Below, piece after piece: positions 26,549-39,212 of a stretch of DNA of 64,000 bases. Position numbers and translations under genes: made by a program. The notes under the pieces are model-generated. The model ran no database searches. It worked only from the letters and a program-made list of their open reading frames with translations, and was not told the origin of the DNA. The stretch's first letter is position 1; each line of letters opens with the position of its first letter. The stretch is from contig OZ024740.1 in the NCBI GenBank assembly GCA_964016885.1, positions 196,602,001 to 196,666,000 of the forward strand, written 5' to 3'. The DNA is from Eledone cirrhosa (taxonomy: Eukaryota).

Positions 26549-27377
26549 GAGTCATGGTGGGTTTGGTATCTCACACGTCTGTTCACACTCCAGAGTATGT
26601 ACCCACACATACGCACACACACATATACACACACACGAGCAGGCACAGACACATACATGCATACACATATGTACGCATACATGTGTAGACACACATACCC
26701 CCATGCACTTATATACACGCACACACTCTCCCTCTCTTCCACAAATCCAGGCACACCCGCTTCTAGATACCGACCGCCACAAGCCTATTAGCGCCTGCCT
26801 AAACAGCGCCATACATCCGGTCCCACACGCACGCAAACGCGCACACACGCGCAGACACACACGTCCACGCATACAAAAACACATATCAGCGTTCAGGTAC
26901 ATCAGCACATATATACACAAACACTCTCATACACATACATGGATACACACGCACATACATGCATATCCTTATTGATAGGCATCAGACACACTTCCAAAGA
27001 CATAGGCACACATACACACATATACACACACCTGTACATATATCTACACACAAGTACATGTACCCGTATATAAACACATAGACAAACCCTGTCCTATGTG
27101 GGTGTACGTACGCGCCCACACACACCCACTGACAGATACTCACACCATATATATATATATTTATTTATATGTGTGTGTACATAGACACACATACACGCAC
27201 GCATGCAGACACACACGTATACACATATACATATATGTATACGCACACATACATACACATACACATGTATACACGCACATATACATACATACTTATACGC
27301 ACATATGTCCATATGTGCACACACACGTAACCATACACATATACACACACATACGCGCGCACACATACCTACGCACA

Positions 27378-27441
<64 letters not shown>

Positions 27442-27466
27442 TGTAATAAACAACATAAGATAATTA

Positions 27467-27527
27467 TTTCATTTACCAGTGGTTTCTTGAAAGCAAGCAA
27501 AATTTGCTTTCAGTCATCAGAATGAAA
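27467..27527 (-). ncRNA. Type I hammerhead ribozyme in a PLE-like terminus next to (TA)n
   Basis: TTTCATT CTGATGA cTGAAAGCAA attttgc TTGCTTTCAa GAAA CCACTGGTA AATGAAA: perfect 7-bp stem I, 9-bp stem II, GUA triplet. The 3' half also occurs at 15620-15672 (+). Confidence 0.85.
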
Positions 27528-27615
27528 AAATCCTGGTGTATTTATTGACAGTGGATTTTAAAAAAGTAACCTACATAGAGCACTCTTTTTTCCTGGACCT
27601 TTCCGACGGAATTAC

Positions 27616-27723
<108 letters not shown>

Positions 27724-28065
27724 CATACACATACATACAAAATACACATACGTACACATAACTACATACACACATACATACACACACATATATATATAAA
27801 AAACTACATGCATACGCACACCCACATATATACATACATATATACATGCACACATATATACATTTACATACATATACATACGCACACGGACGGCCACATG
27901 CAAACACATGCACATATGCATATTTGCTTATACACACATGCTTCCACATATACATATATAAACAAAACCGTAAAATAAAAATACAATATATAATAAAAAA
28001 CACAATATACAATAAAATAACAATAAAATAACATAACATAAAATAACAATATAGTATACAATATA

Positions 28066-28109
<44 letters not shown>

Positions 28110-28828
28110 GCATACATATTCATACATACATATACACATATATACAATGGATATATGATAAAATAATAATAATAATAAAATGAATATATAATCCATCCGT
28201 ACACATTCCTGTGAGATGCACACATATATATATATACACATAAATACACATACATAATGGGACCCACATATACATACATACGCACGCACACATATATATA
28301 CATACACACCCACATACTCATACGCAGCTATACGTACATATATATACATATATATACATATATATACATATATATATATACTCAGCCACATATGTACATG
28401 CATGCACACACACGTATAAGCTCATGCATATACGTACACATGCACACATACACACCCCCATACACACCCATGTATATATATATATCTACATACACACACA
28501 CATACATATACCTACGCACAGGTCTACACATATAAATACAATAGGATAATAAAATAAAATAAATTTATAATATGTTAAAATACATTAAAATCTGAATGTA
28601 ACTTCACAAGGAGATAAATAAAAAAGGGGTAAATAAAAAAAGGGGGAGGTACAGGAGCAGGTACGTGTACTCATGTGATATCCTACACACAGGTAGTATG
28701 AGATGCAAACTTAGGTCCGTATATGGAACAAGTAACAATAACAAAACAATAATAACAGTAATAATAATTGTTCCAAAGTAGAACATGTGGAGAGTATATA
28801 TTCACGATTGACGGGGTTCACATTCACC

Positions 28829-29260
28829 CGTGTGTGTGTATATGTGTGTGTGTGTATGTGTGGGTACATACTCTGGAGTGTGAACAGACGTGTGAGATAC
28901 CGAACCCACCATGACGCCATTGAAGTGTGTCGGACGGAAAAGGGCTGATGACCTGCGTAGCAGTAAATAGTGACCAGAACTTAAGATGACGTAGAATAAC
29001 AACAGCCAATGGCATGACAAGAGTGGAAGATATTTTTTGAAGGTGTTTTGTGACGATAACACCCCAGTGAGAAAATTTGCTCCGAACGAACTGCCCGTGT
29101 CCGAAGGAACCTGCAGCCGTAGAATCAGCCAGATCCATACAGTGATCATGTCTCGAGTTACCTGCCGGCGAAACAATTGTAACACGCAAAAAACTGAGTC
29201 CAGATGCATCACTGATTTTTCGTTTTTTATACTATCCACACTCTGCTCTGTATGAATATT
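28829..29260 (-). repeat. Uninterrupted copy of the repeat into which the gypsy element inserted
   Basis: Reverse complement of 20420-20737 joined to 26553-26637. Related pieces lie at 36180-36430. Confidence 0.9.
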
Positions 29261-29316
29261 GAGTGATTATTTTGGCATACCGCCTATGGAAGCACCATAG
29301 CTACCATTATACAGAA

Positions 29317-29370
<54 letters not shown>

Positions 29371-29372
<2 letters not shown>

Positions 29373-29588
29373 CGAAGGAAATGTGGTAAGGAACCAGGTG
29401 GACCATAACGCACCAAAGTACTCAATACTTAGGGTAGTAGAGTGGGTAATAGGAACAAGTAAGACCCCGACGGCTGAGCTCAAGCCGTTTCGACGGCTAA
29501 TTCTGTACTGCTAATTCTGTACTAATACAGTACAGAATTAGCCGTCGAAACGGCTTGAGCTCAGCCGTCGGGGTCTTACTTGTTCCTA
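29371..29588. mobile_element. PLE-like terminal repeat with fold-back (palindrome 29450-29588) between (TA)n tracts
   Basis: Both arms carry the 3' half of a hammerhead (GAAACGGCT tgagctc AGCCGTC-GGGGTC). There is a short duplication at the pivot. Confidence 0.8.
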
Positions 29589-30086
29589 TATATATATATA
29601 TATATATATGTAAATGGAAAAGAAAATGCTGACAAATTGTTCACAGTGAAAAATAGTTTAATTAGGAATAAGTGAGAATTAGTAATAGTATTGGTTAGTA
29701 TTCAGTTTTGGTTTTAGGTTTTACCGGTTGCGCATTTCTAATGCTTTTCAAAAATAATTTTGAGATAGAGCGTCCGTGATGTTTGCTCTGATCTATCTAT
29801 CTATATATATATATGACTTATTATCTTCGTTTTTTCCTTCATTGCCAGAGAACGTCTCTATGCACCACCTAAGAGAACATTAGTCTACGACCTCTTTTAT
29901 ACCATAAACGTGGTTCTGTCTTTGCGCGTAATTGTTTTTCACCGCTCCTATTAATGACGTATTATTCGTTTTTTCCCGTTCTTTGCCAGCGAACGTTACC
30001 ACGAACCAAAGTATCGTCTTCCTGTCTTCCTCCGGTTGCAACGTTTTTTTAAATATCCAGTTCTGCGTTTACAGATTGACTTTGTT

Positions 30087-30137
30087 AGTTTCAGAAGATC
30101 CCGTTAAGGGTGAAAGCAGCGATTCTTTGCTTAAACT
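30087..30137 (+). ncRNA. Variant hammerhead motif (CAGAAGA core)
   Basis: AGTTT CAGAAGA TCCC gttaa GGGT GAAA GCAG...TTGCTT AAACT, followed by a short tail and (TA)n. Confidence 0.5.
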
Positions 30138-30148
30138 TTAATCTGTTA

Positions 30149-30239
<91 letters not shown>

Positions 30240-30279
30240 TTATTAAAATAACAGATTAAAGTTTTTTTTATTATTACTA

Positions 30280-30312
<33 letters not shown>

Positions 30313-30600
30313 CATAAAGTATGTCCATAGAATCATTTGATAAAATATATACACCATTTCCTCTCCCAATTAGCATAATTAACCACATAAAAAATAAATC
30401 AGACTAGGCTATAAGAATAAAGGCTCCTATGAAGAAATATTTGATAAATAAACGACAGCAGCCTCTTCGCAGCCGGCCGCAATAGAATATTTACCCAACA
30501 TTTCAACAGCATGTAGAAATCGACTAAATATACCGTCAACCATACATAATTAGGTATAAAATTAAAGTTAGAAGAAATGCGTACACTCTTACCATGATTA

Positions 30601-30682
30601 TGTCCCTACCCTGGGGTTTCGTTCGCGTTTTGAGATATCCTATTAAGGATAAAATCTCGAGTTTCGAACTCATCAGGAGACA
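30601..30682 (-). ncRNA. Type I hammerhead ribozyme with extended stem II
   Basis: TGTCTC CTGATGA GTTCG [aaactc GAGAT ttt ATCCT taat AGGAT ATCTC aaaacg] CGAAC GAAA CCCCAGGGTA GGGACA: canonical core, G10.1-C11.1 pair, GUA triplet. Confidence 0.88.
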
Positions 30683-30873
30683 AACTCATAGGACAGGTAA
30701 TTTTCCAAAGCGATCCCCGCCAGAAACAGATTAAAAAATGGCTAAGAATCGTGACGTGGCAGTGGTCAAGTTAGAAAGAATGTGATTGGTTGCTTACGGC
30801 GAGTGGGCTGGTTGCTAGAAAGCGCAGCCCAATATTGCCCAAATTGCATCTCAACCTAATGGGAGATTATTAA

Positions 30874-31178
30874 ATATAAAGATTTACATATACACAAACT
30901 AAACAAAGTCACAGATATATATGTGGCAACCATTCACGATGTGGTTCAATGAAGAATTAATAAATTAAATAATCAGAGCAATATATCAAAAGTATGTCCA
31001 TAGAATCATTGGGAGAGGAAATGGTGTATATATTTTATCAAATGATTCTATGGACATACTTTATGATATATTGCTCTGATTATTTAATTTATTAATTCTT
31101 CATTGAGCCACATCGTCAATGGTTGCCACATATATATCTGTGACTTTGTTTAGTTTGTGTATATGTAAATCTTTATAT
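30874..31178. repeat. Fold-back inverted repeat adjoining (TA)n
   Basis: Arms are ~30874-31010 and ~31040-31178. The pivot region is also present inverted at 30308-30369. Confidence 0.85.
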
Positions 31179-31183
31179 ATATA

Positions 31184-31273
<90 letters not shown>

Positions 31274-31287
31274 ATATATAATAAAAT

Positions 31288-31394
<107 letters not shown>

Positions 31395-31406
31395 ATATAA
31401 TAAAAT

Positions 31407-31527
<121 letters not shown>

Positions 31528-31539
31528 TCAAGGAAACAA

Positions 31540-32800
31540 CAAACAGAGGTACAGCAGGTTTTATTAGTTTCACGTTTTATATGGAAAAGGGGAATGAAAG
31601 TTCGACGTTTCGGGCTTAAGGACTTCTTCAGGAGAACAAATGTAACAACAGTTACAGACGGCACGCCGTTCGAAGCTCTCAATGCTGTTACGAGGTCCAT
31701 TTTGTTTGGGTTGTATTCTAGTGTTACGGCTGTAGTGTGCAGAGTGTAAATATATATATACATGTTTTTTTAACGAAGGGTTAAAATTAATGAAAAGTTA
31801 GAATGGTTATATGTGGTTATTAGAAATGTTTATAACAAAGTTGTTAGATGTAATAATATGAATATAAAGAATATAAGAATTAATGATTTGGTTATATATA
31901 GTTTACTTCACGTGAATCAATTAAAAAGTACATATAAAACAGTTACCAAGAGTTGTTAATGTAGTTATTGTTTCAAATGTGAGGCTGTTGTTGTTGCTGG
32001 TGTGAAAGCAGCGAGCGACAGATAATTGTTGTTGATGTTGGAATTTGGAGACCGTGATAGTAGTTGTTAGACCGTGTTAGTAAGAAATAGAGAGATATGA
32101 CTTGTATATCTCTGAATGGTCTGTAATTAGTTGAGACCACTGTGGCTTGTACATGGTCTGTAGGAGTAGGGTTCCAATCGCTCTGGGTGTATCTGTAGAC
32201 CTCATGGGGTCTGTTGAATAGTGGTGAATCTTCACATAGTTGTGTATCCTAGCGTTTCGATATCTCTGTGTCTGTAGACCCTTGGGGGTCTATTGATAGC
32301 AGTTAATCCTTACATAGCTTGTTTTCGGCGTAAATGCTCCGATGTATCTCCTTAAGTGGGATGATAGCACAGGCTTTATATAACTATCGCTTCCTGTCCC
32401 CCACCTTGAGGGGACAGTCAAAACATCAACCTGTTTGCACCAAAAGGAGGTTGACCTAGAATTTAACCTTTAGGTATTACCCAAAGTTCAAGGCGCGGAC
32501 AGATTCCGCTACATTTTTAAGGCGTGAAATATCTGTAATGTTGCTTTCCCTCACAAACCCGCGCACACGTTTAAACCTACATACATATTCACAACTACCC
32601 AGGGCCCGCAAGAGAAATTTTGCAAGGTGGTACAAGAGCCCTTTGGGACTCAAAGCAGCAAAGATTTTTCTCAAAATGGATGTTGCAGGGCTGTTGTGGG
32701 GCCTTCTTAGCTCTTGGACTCCGGAACAAAGTACCGGCTAGAGCCCCCTCTCACAGGACCTGCAGCTACCGCAGTAACACATATACGCACCCAACAACTA
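31540..32800 (-). mobile_element. Highly degenerate Penelope-like element 3' part
   Basis: A frameshifted DCPL...VIYKAC...YIG remnant lies near 32330-32425, and a decayed HHR (CTGAAGAAGTCCTTAAGCCCGAAACGTC) at 31604-31631. Confidence 0.45.
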
Positions 32801-33299
32801 TTCTCACTCTATCATACTGACTGCGAGATTATTATTTTCACTGGGGACTCGCCTAACAGAGGTAACTGGTGAAGCTCGTGAGGGCGCTTGCTTGTTCCAG
32901 TGCATCAGCCTCGCCATCACCCGAAGTAACGCCGCGAGCATGCTGGCTTGCCTCAAAATTCATTAGAGAGGTTTCCCAGGGCTCCTCGCGATACTGTTAT
33001 CTTTTACTCTGGTAGCGGCTCGGTTGTCCACCCCTTTCGCCTGCCTTTTGTTATATGTGGTCCCAGATGTGTGTACTAACCGATTCTGTGTTTTTTTTCT
33101 TTATTCTTTTTCTCTTTCTTTTATTTTTGGTTTTCCCTTTCCCTTTCCTTTATTTTTGGTTTTCCCTTTCCCTTTCCTTTATATTATGTTTGTTTGTCCG
33201 CCCCCACCTGCCGTCACCAACCATACTATCACCTCCAACCCTAACCCCTCTATCCCGTCACCTACAACCCCCTTTCCTCTCCCCACCACTGAATCTGCA

Positions 33300-36128
33300 C
33301 ATGCTTTACCCAACCACCTTAACCCCTCCGCCTCTTTCACATCTTCACGTCCCTGCACTGTAGTCACCATACCCCAGGACCTACCACTCTCCGAAGCTGA
33401 GCGCTCCTTCCTCGCCCGTGGTTTGCGTTTTATACCAACCACATCTACCTTCGACGAGTTCCGCACACGTGCCGATATTGAAAGGTTCTTCCGTCGACTA
33501 AAGCTCAAAGCTTTTATCCCGACACGCCATCATCAACACAGACGGGTGACTTCACTCGTCTCAGTCGCCGGCACATTGGACGCCAAGCTCTGGCCAGTTC
33601 AGCACCCTCGGCTCCTTTGTCGATACTTGCCGGCGTACTGTGAATCGGTTCCGTTTCCACCAGCATTCTCGTCGCTCTAACATCACGCGGTCTGAGCTCT
33701 CCGCTCTTCGCAACCTTCGGCGTCGCGATGATATTGTCATCAAACCCGCTGACAAAGGTGGCGCTGTGGCGGTTTGGAGCGCTGACCTCTATAGGGCTGA
33801 GGCTCTCCGCCAGCTTCACAATACCCTTTTTTACCATCCATTATCCTCCGACCCCACTCCTGACTACCAACAACTCGTGTCCTCCACCATCCACGAGCTC
33901 ATCTCCTCCTCTATCCTACACCCCACAGCCACCAACCTTATTGTACGCACCCCTCGTACACCCACCATCTACTTTCTCCCCAAAATACACAAACAAAATA
34001 ATCCTGGCCGTCCTATCGTTTCTGCGTGCAACTGCCTCACCGAGATAATTTCTGAATATTTAGACACCATCCTCGCCCTGTTGGTCGGCAATCTCCCCTC
34101 CCACATCCACAATACAAATCATGTCCTTAGACTCTCCAACTCTTCCTCCTTCCCTCCTGGTCCCTCTTTCCTTCTCTTTACCCTGGGCATCACCTCCCTT
34201 TATACCGTCATGATGACAGCCTCCGCGCTCTCCAACATTTTTTAGACTTATGCCCTACCCTTACCTCAGCACTACCACTCTTCTCCGTCTGGCTGAGCTT
34301 GTTCTCACCCTCAATGGCTTTTCTTTTTCGGGTGAATTCTATCAGCAGGTTTCTGGGGTAGCGATGGAAACCAGAATGGGTCCAAACTATGCCAACTTGT
34401 TTGTTGGCTACGTCGAAGCCCAGATCTTCTCCCAGTACGCTGGACCGACTCCTAAGCTATACGGTCGTTATATCGACGACCGTATCGGCGTCACCTCTCT
34501 ATTACGAGAACAGCTCGACTGCTTTCTTTCTTTTGTCCTATCTTTCCATCCTGCTCTCAATTTCACCGCCTCCGTCTCCGATTCTTCTGTCGCTTTTCTA
34601 GATATCTCTCTATCTATTCATCACTCTCGCCACTCGGTCTCTACTTCCATCTACATTAACCCAACAGATTCCCAATCTTACCTCGACTTCACCTCCTCCC
34701 ATCAAACCCACACCAAACACTACATAGCCTATTCCCAATTCCTCCGTCTTCGTCGGCTCTGTAGCCAGGACCACAATTTCGAAACCCATTCCCTACGCAT
34801 GGCTTCCTGCTTTATCCAGCGTGGATATCTCCCCACCCTGATCCAAGCTTCTTTCACCCGCGCCGTGAAACAGACCGCACCACAGCCCTCTCACCTCACC
34901 CTTGCCCTCCCAACACCCGCGTTCCTTTCCCTCTCACCTACCACCCCATCACCCAACCACTCCGGCGACGTATCCTCTGTTCCATCCGCATCTTCTCTTC
35001 CGACCCCGTCACTTCTCGCTCTTCTCCAAACCCACCCATTACTGCTTTTAAGCGCACCCGCAACCTCCGCGATCTCCTGATTCGCAGTTCCTTCTCGTCC
35101 TCTCCTACGACTCCACCCGGCTCTCATCCTTGTTCCCGCTGCAACACTTGTCCCTTCATTTCCACCCGCACCACTCTTAGAGGCCCTAACAGGTTTTTCC
35201 GTATCCGCCACTCTTTCACCTGCACACCCACCCACGTTGTCTATGCCCTCCGGTGTTCCCTTTGCGGGTCTTTATACATCGGACAAACGGGACGCCGTAT
35301 GGCGGACCGTTTTGGTGAGCATTTGAGGGACATACGACTCGGTTTGGATACTCCTGTCGCCCATCATTTCTGTTCTCCTGGTCATTCTTCCCTACATGTT
35401 TCAGTCCTGGGTGTCCTTTTACATCATGGATCACAGGCCTCGCGCACCAGGACTGAACAAAGTCCTATTCCCCTCTTGGACTCAACTCACCTCCCCAATT
35501 TCTCTAATACCCCGTCCATTATCACACCTCTAGATTCCTATCGCTTTCTCTTGATGGTTAACATCTTCTCTTACAACTAATACAGGTCGACTATATATGC
35601 TCACTCCACTTTTCCCTTCACTGCTCTGTACACACCCTTATATTAACATACTTTTGCTCATAGCTTCGTGCTTACATACACACACAATCTTTTTACCCAC
35701 ATATATACACACATTTCTTCTTAGCTTCGTACGGACGTGTAATAACACACACACGCGTGCGCGCGCGCGTGCACTTACGCACGTGCACAAGTATAGCTCT
35801 TTTTACAAAACATTTTTTTTTCCATTTCAGGAAGACGCGCTCCATCATCCACTTTTCTAAAAAAATAAATCATACACAACACGCCAGCACCAACAGTTTT
35901 GCAAGAGATGTCAACATGAATGGACCTGTTATTTTTATCTAAAGACTTTTTTTCCAATTCCAACCCACCCGTCCCCTCAATCTATCTTTTTTCTCATTCT
36001 TTCTTCTGATGAAGGACTAGCGTCCGAAACGTTACGGCCCTCTTCCTGCTATATCAAGCGTTAACCTAATATATACCTTCCATATACTGTACCGATTGTG
36101 TTGTTATTTCTGTTTACCTTTTACTTAC
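33300..36128 (+). mobile_element. Penelope-like retroelement (RT + GIY-YIG endonuclease), frameshifted, with a 3' hammerhead
   Basis: Motifs LSEAERSFLARGLRFIPT, DDIVIKPADKGG, PKIHK...GRPIVS, GVAM..RMGPNYANLF, RYIDD, SQFLRLRRLCS, and VVYALRCSLCGSLYIGQTGR...RFGEH. Confidence 0.93.
36002..36037 (+). ncRNA. Minimal PLE-type hammerhead ribozyme
   Basis: TCTT CTGATGA A GGAC tagc GTCC GAAACGTT ACGG. Stem I is partly mutated relative to the copy at 47182. Confidence 0.75.
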
Positions 36129-36424
36129 ATATATATATGTGTGTGTGTGTGTGTGTTTTGTGTGTGTGTGTATGTCTGATGGTAGCTAAGATGCTTCCAT
36201 AGGCGGTATGCGGATTGAGCACTCTATGCTCTTACAGAGCAGAGTATGATAGAATAGAAAACGAAAGAAATATGCTGCTCCGAAATCATTAGACGTGTCC
36301 GTCGAACCTGCGGGCCAGAATCAGACAGATCCACACAATGATCGCGTCTCGAGCTGTCAGCCGGCGAAACAATTGTAACGCACAATAAATTGAGTTGAGA
36401 TGCATAACTGATTTTTCGTTTTGT

Positions 36425-36479
<55 letters not shown>

Positions 36480-36486
<7 letters not shown>

Positions 36487-37095
36487 AAGAAGAAAGAATA
36501 CTGCGTGGTTGCACATGGGTTACATATGATAAAAATAGTCCTTCGTCAGTGATATTCCAACCTTCATTGGTATATCATCGCTTTAAAAATCATATACCTC
36601 CGGTTGGTGCGAGCAATAGCTAAATAAAGCTATTGGGACAAGTAAATCACGTAAAGCGAGCGAGACAAGTAAACAAACATAGAAGGATGATAACAACGCA
36701 AAGATAGGAAAAACAAGCAACATGGGAATCCGGTCAGCTTAAACTGGGTGGATTTCATGAGCGAGCGACATACAGACCATCCGACGTGAGTGAGATGTGA
36801 GCAAGAAGAGAACCCACTACAGGCCAAACGGGAGGAAGTGAGAAGGCGAGAAATAGAGAGTGAGTGAGTGGAAGTGCGAGGAAGAGGCCAGTCGAGAGAA
36901 AGTGTAACTGACAGAGGGGGCGAAAGAAGGTGAGAGAAACAGAGAGAGCGGGGAAGCAGTAAGAGAGAAACAGACAAACGTAGCCGAGGAAAATATATAT
37001 AAAAAACATGAGAAGAAAGAATACTGCGTGGTTGCACATGGGTTACATATGATAAAAATAGTTCTTTGTCAGTGATTTTAAAATCATATACCTCC
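36480..37095 (-). repeat. Partial-tandem terminal repeat of a probable PLE-like family between (TA)n tracts
   Basis: 36480-36600 is directly repeated (with a deletion) at 37000-37095. It is a diverged homolog of 37551-37863 and 38061-38380. Confidence 0.7.
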
Positions 37096-37300
37096 ATATA
37101 TATATTAAAACTCATTCTTTGACATAATCATTGAATATCGTTTAACACTTTAATATATATATATATATGTAGAAGTTCTATTTAAATTGTTGGGATACAA
37201 CAAGCAAATATTTTTATAACTGATATAAAGCACTCAACAACTTATTGGAGTAAAAATACGATATATTAACAAATGGAAACTATATTTATAAAACCATATT

Positions 37301-37365
37301 TATTTCATTATACATATTTCAAGGACACCAAAGCAAATTATGGTGCGCTTTCATCAGATAAAATA
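37301..37365 (-). ncRNA. Type I hammerhead ribozyme (same family as 20178)
   Basis: TATTTTAT CTGATGA AAGcGCACCA taatttgctt TGGTGTcCTT GAAA TATGTATA ATGAAATA. An inverted partial copy at 37437-37523 starts inside stem II. Confidence 0.82.
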
Positions 37366-37520
37366 TAATATAGATCAGTTTTATAAATAAATATTGACAT
37401 ACCCTTGAAGAATGCGACCATTTCTGTTGGAAGCTCCCATAATTTGCTTTGGTGTCCTTGAAATATGTATAATGAAATAAATATGGTTTTATAAATATAG
37501 TTTCCATTTGTTAATATATC

Positions 37521-37550
<30 letters not shown>

Positions 37551-37556
<6 letters not shown>

Positions 37557-38370
37557 AAGTTTGTCCTCATCAGTGGCATTCCAACCGTCGTAGGCATTTC
37601 GTCGCATTAAAGGCCATATACCTCAGGTTGGTGCGAGCAACGGCTAAAAAAAGTCGTTGGGACACGTAAATAAGGGGGACGCTAGGGTAAACAAACAAAA
37701 TGGTTTAAGCAACAGAAAGTGATGAAGAAGAAACAAGTCCCAGATTTCTATGAATATAAATTCGGTGGAATCGTGAACGAGAGAATAAAGACCATCAAAC
37801 CTGGTTGAAATGTGAGCAAGGAAGGAATTTCGCACAGGTCTAACGGGAGGAAGAAGGGGTAGTCTCTCTCTCTCTGTTAGCCTCTTCCTCACCTTTCACT
37901 CACTCACTCTCTGTCACTACCTCTCCTCCTCCCCTTTCTTCCCGTTTGACCTGTCCGTAATCCTTTTCTCGCGGGCACTTGGCCAAGCCGGTATGAATTT
38001 TTTTTCTCTCTCTCTCGTCTGCGACTTCACAGAACTTATGTTTACCGAATTCGCAGACCAGACCCCTTCTTCCTCCCGTTAGACCTGTGCGAAATTCCTT
38101 CCTTGCTCACATTTCAACCAGGTTTGATGGTCTTTATTCTCTCGTTCACGATTCCACCGAATTTATATTCATAGAAATCTGGGATTTGTTTCTTCTTCAT
38201 CACTTTCTGTTGCTTAAACCATTTTGTTTGTTTACTCTAGCGTCCCCCTTATTTACGTGTCCCAACGACCTTTTTTAGCCGTTGCTCGCACCAACCTGAG
38301 GTATATGGCCTTTAATGCGACGAAATGCCTACGGCGGTTGAAGGCCACTGATGAGGACAAACTTTTTCAT
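37551..38370. repeat. Inverted repeat with ~310-bp arms and a ~200-bp spacer
   Basis: 37551-37863 and 38061-38370 are near-identical reverse complements. The ORF track also shows the same spurious peptide on both strands. Confidence 0.92.
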
Positions 38371-38819
38371 ATGTAACCCATTTGCAGCGCTGCAGCTCCA
38401 TTATTATCATACATATATATATATATATAACATTGTTCATACAAACTTTCTCTTTGTGTTTCGCTTCAATTCCGTCTGACACAGAAAAGCAAAGCAAAAA
38501 GCCGTCCACCAGCTTTCTGTTTTTCTCACGCAAACCATGCATGTCAACGCTCTCTCTCGCATGCATGTATTCACACAAACAAATAAGGATTTCCTCACAT
38601 AAGCACAAGGTCACACAATTTGTGAGAGGGAACAATCGATTAAATCAATACATCGATATAGTATTTAATGCGCACTTGATAAGACAAGAAAGTTGAGATG
38701 GGTGAAAATTCTATTCATTGTTGTCATTAGTTCACTTATTCACTTAATCACAACTGATTTGTCGATTTCAGACGGATAAATAGGCGAAGTTGATCTAGAG
38801 TTAAGGGTGGTAACTCAAC

Positions 38820-38995
38820 CAGGGCCGTCTTAACAGCATTATAGGCTTCCGGGCAAAGCAGAGCACTGGGGCCCCTACCTCCTACCTACACAACCACTCA
38901 CAGGAATAAAAATACAAATGGGCCCCCTATTCTCCTGGGGCCCCCTGGCAACTGCCCAACGTGCCCAGCGTGCCCAATGCGTTAAGACGGCCCTG
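38820..38995. mobile_element. hAT-type MITE
   Basis: TIR CAGGGCCGTCTTAAC / GTTAAGACGGCCCTG and an 8-bp TSD AACTCAAC / AACTCACC. Confidence 0.88.
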
Positions 38996-39045
38996 AACTC
39001 ACCACCTCAGTATTTTCTGGGACATAGTTGCATAGTCACGAAGAC

Positions 39046-39212
39046 CAATACCGGATTTAGGACAAATGAGGCCCCTTGCTATTTAAGTTATGAGACCCCA
39101 TACTTGGGCCCTGAAGGAGGTAAAGATTTTTTGGGCAGGATAATAGTCCCCCTCCTAGCCAACGGGGCCCTGTGCTTAAGCATACCTAAGCACAATGGTG
39201 AATCTAACACTG
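39046..39212. mobile_element. hAT-type MITE, diverged inverted copy of the 42584 family
   Basis: Shares GTGCTTAAGCACAGGGCCC and ATTTGTCCTAAA in reverse orientation. Confidence 0.7.
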
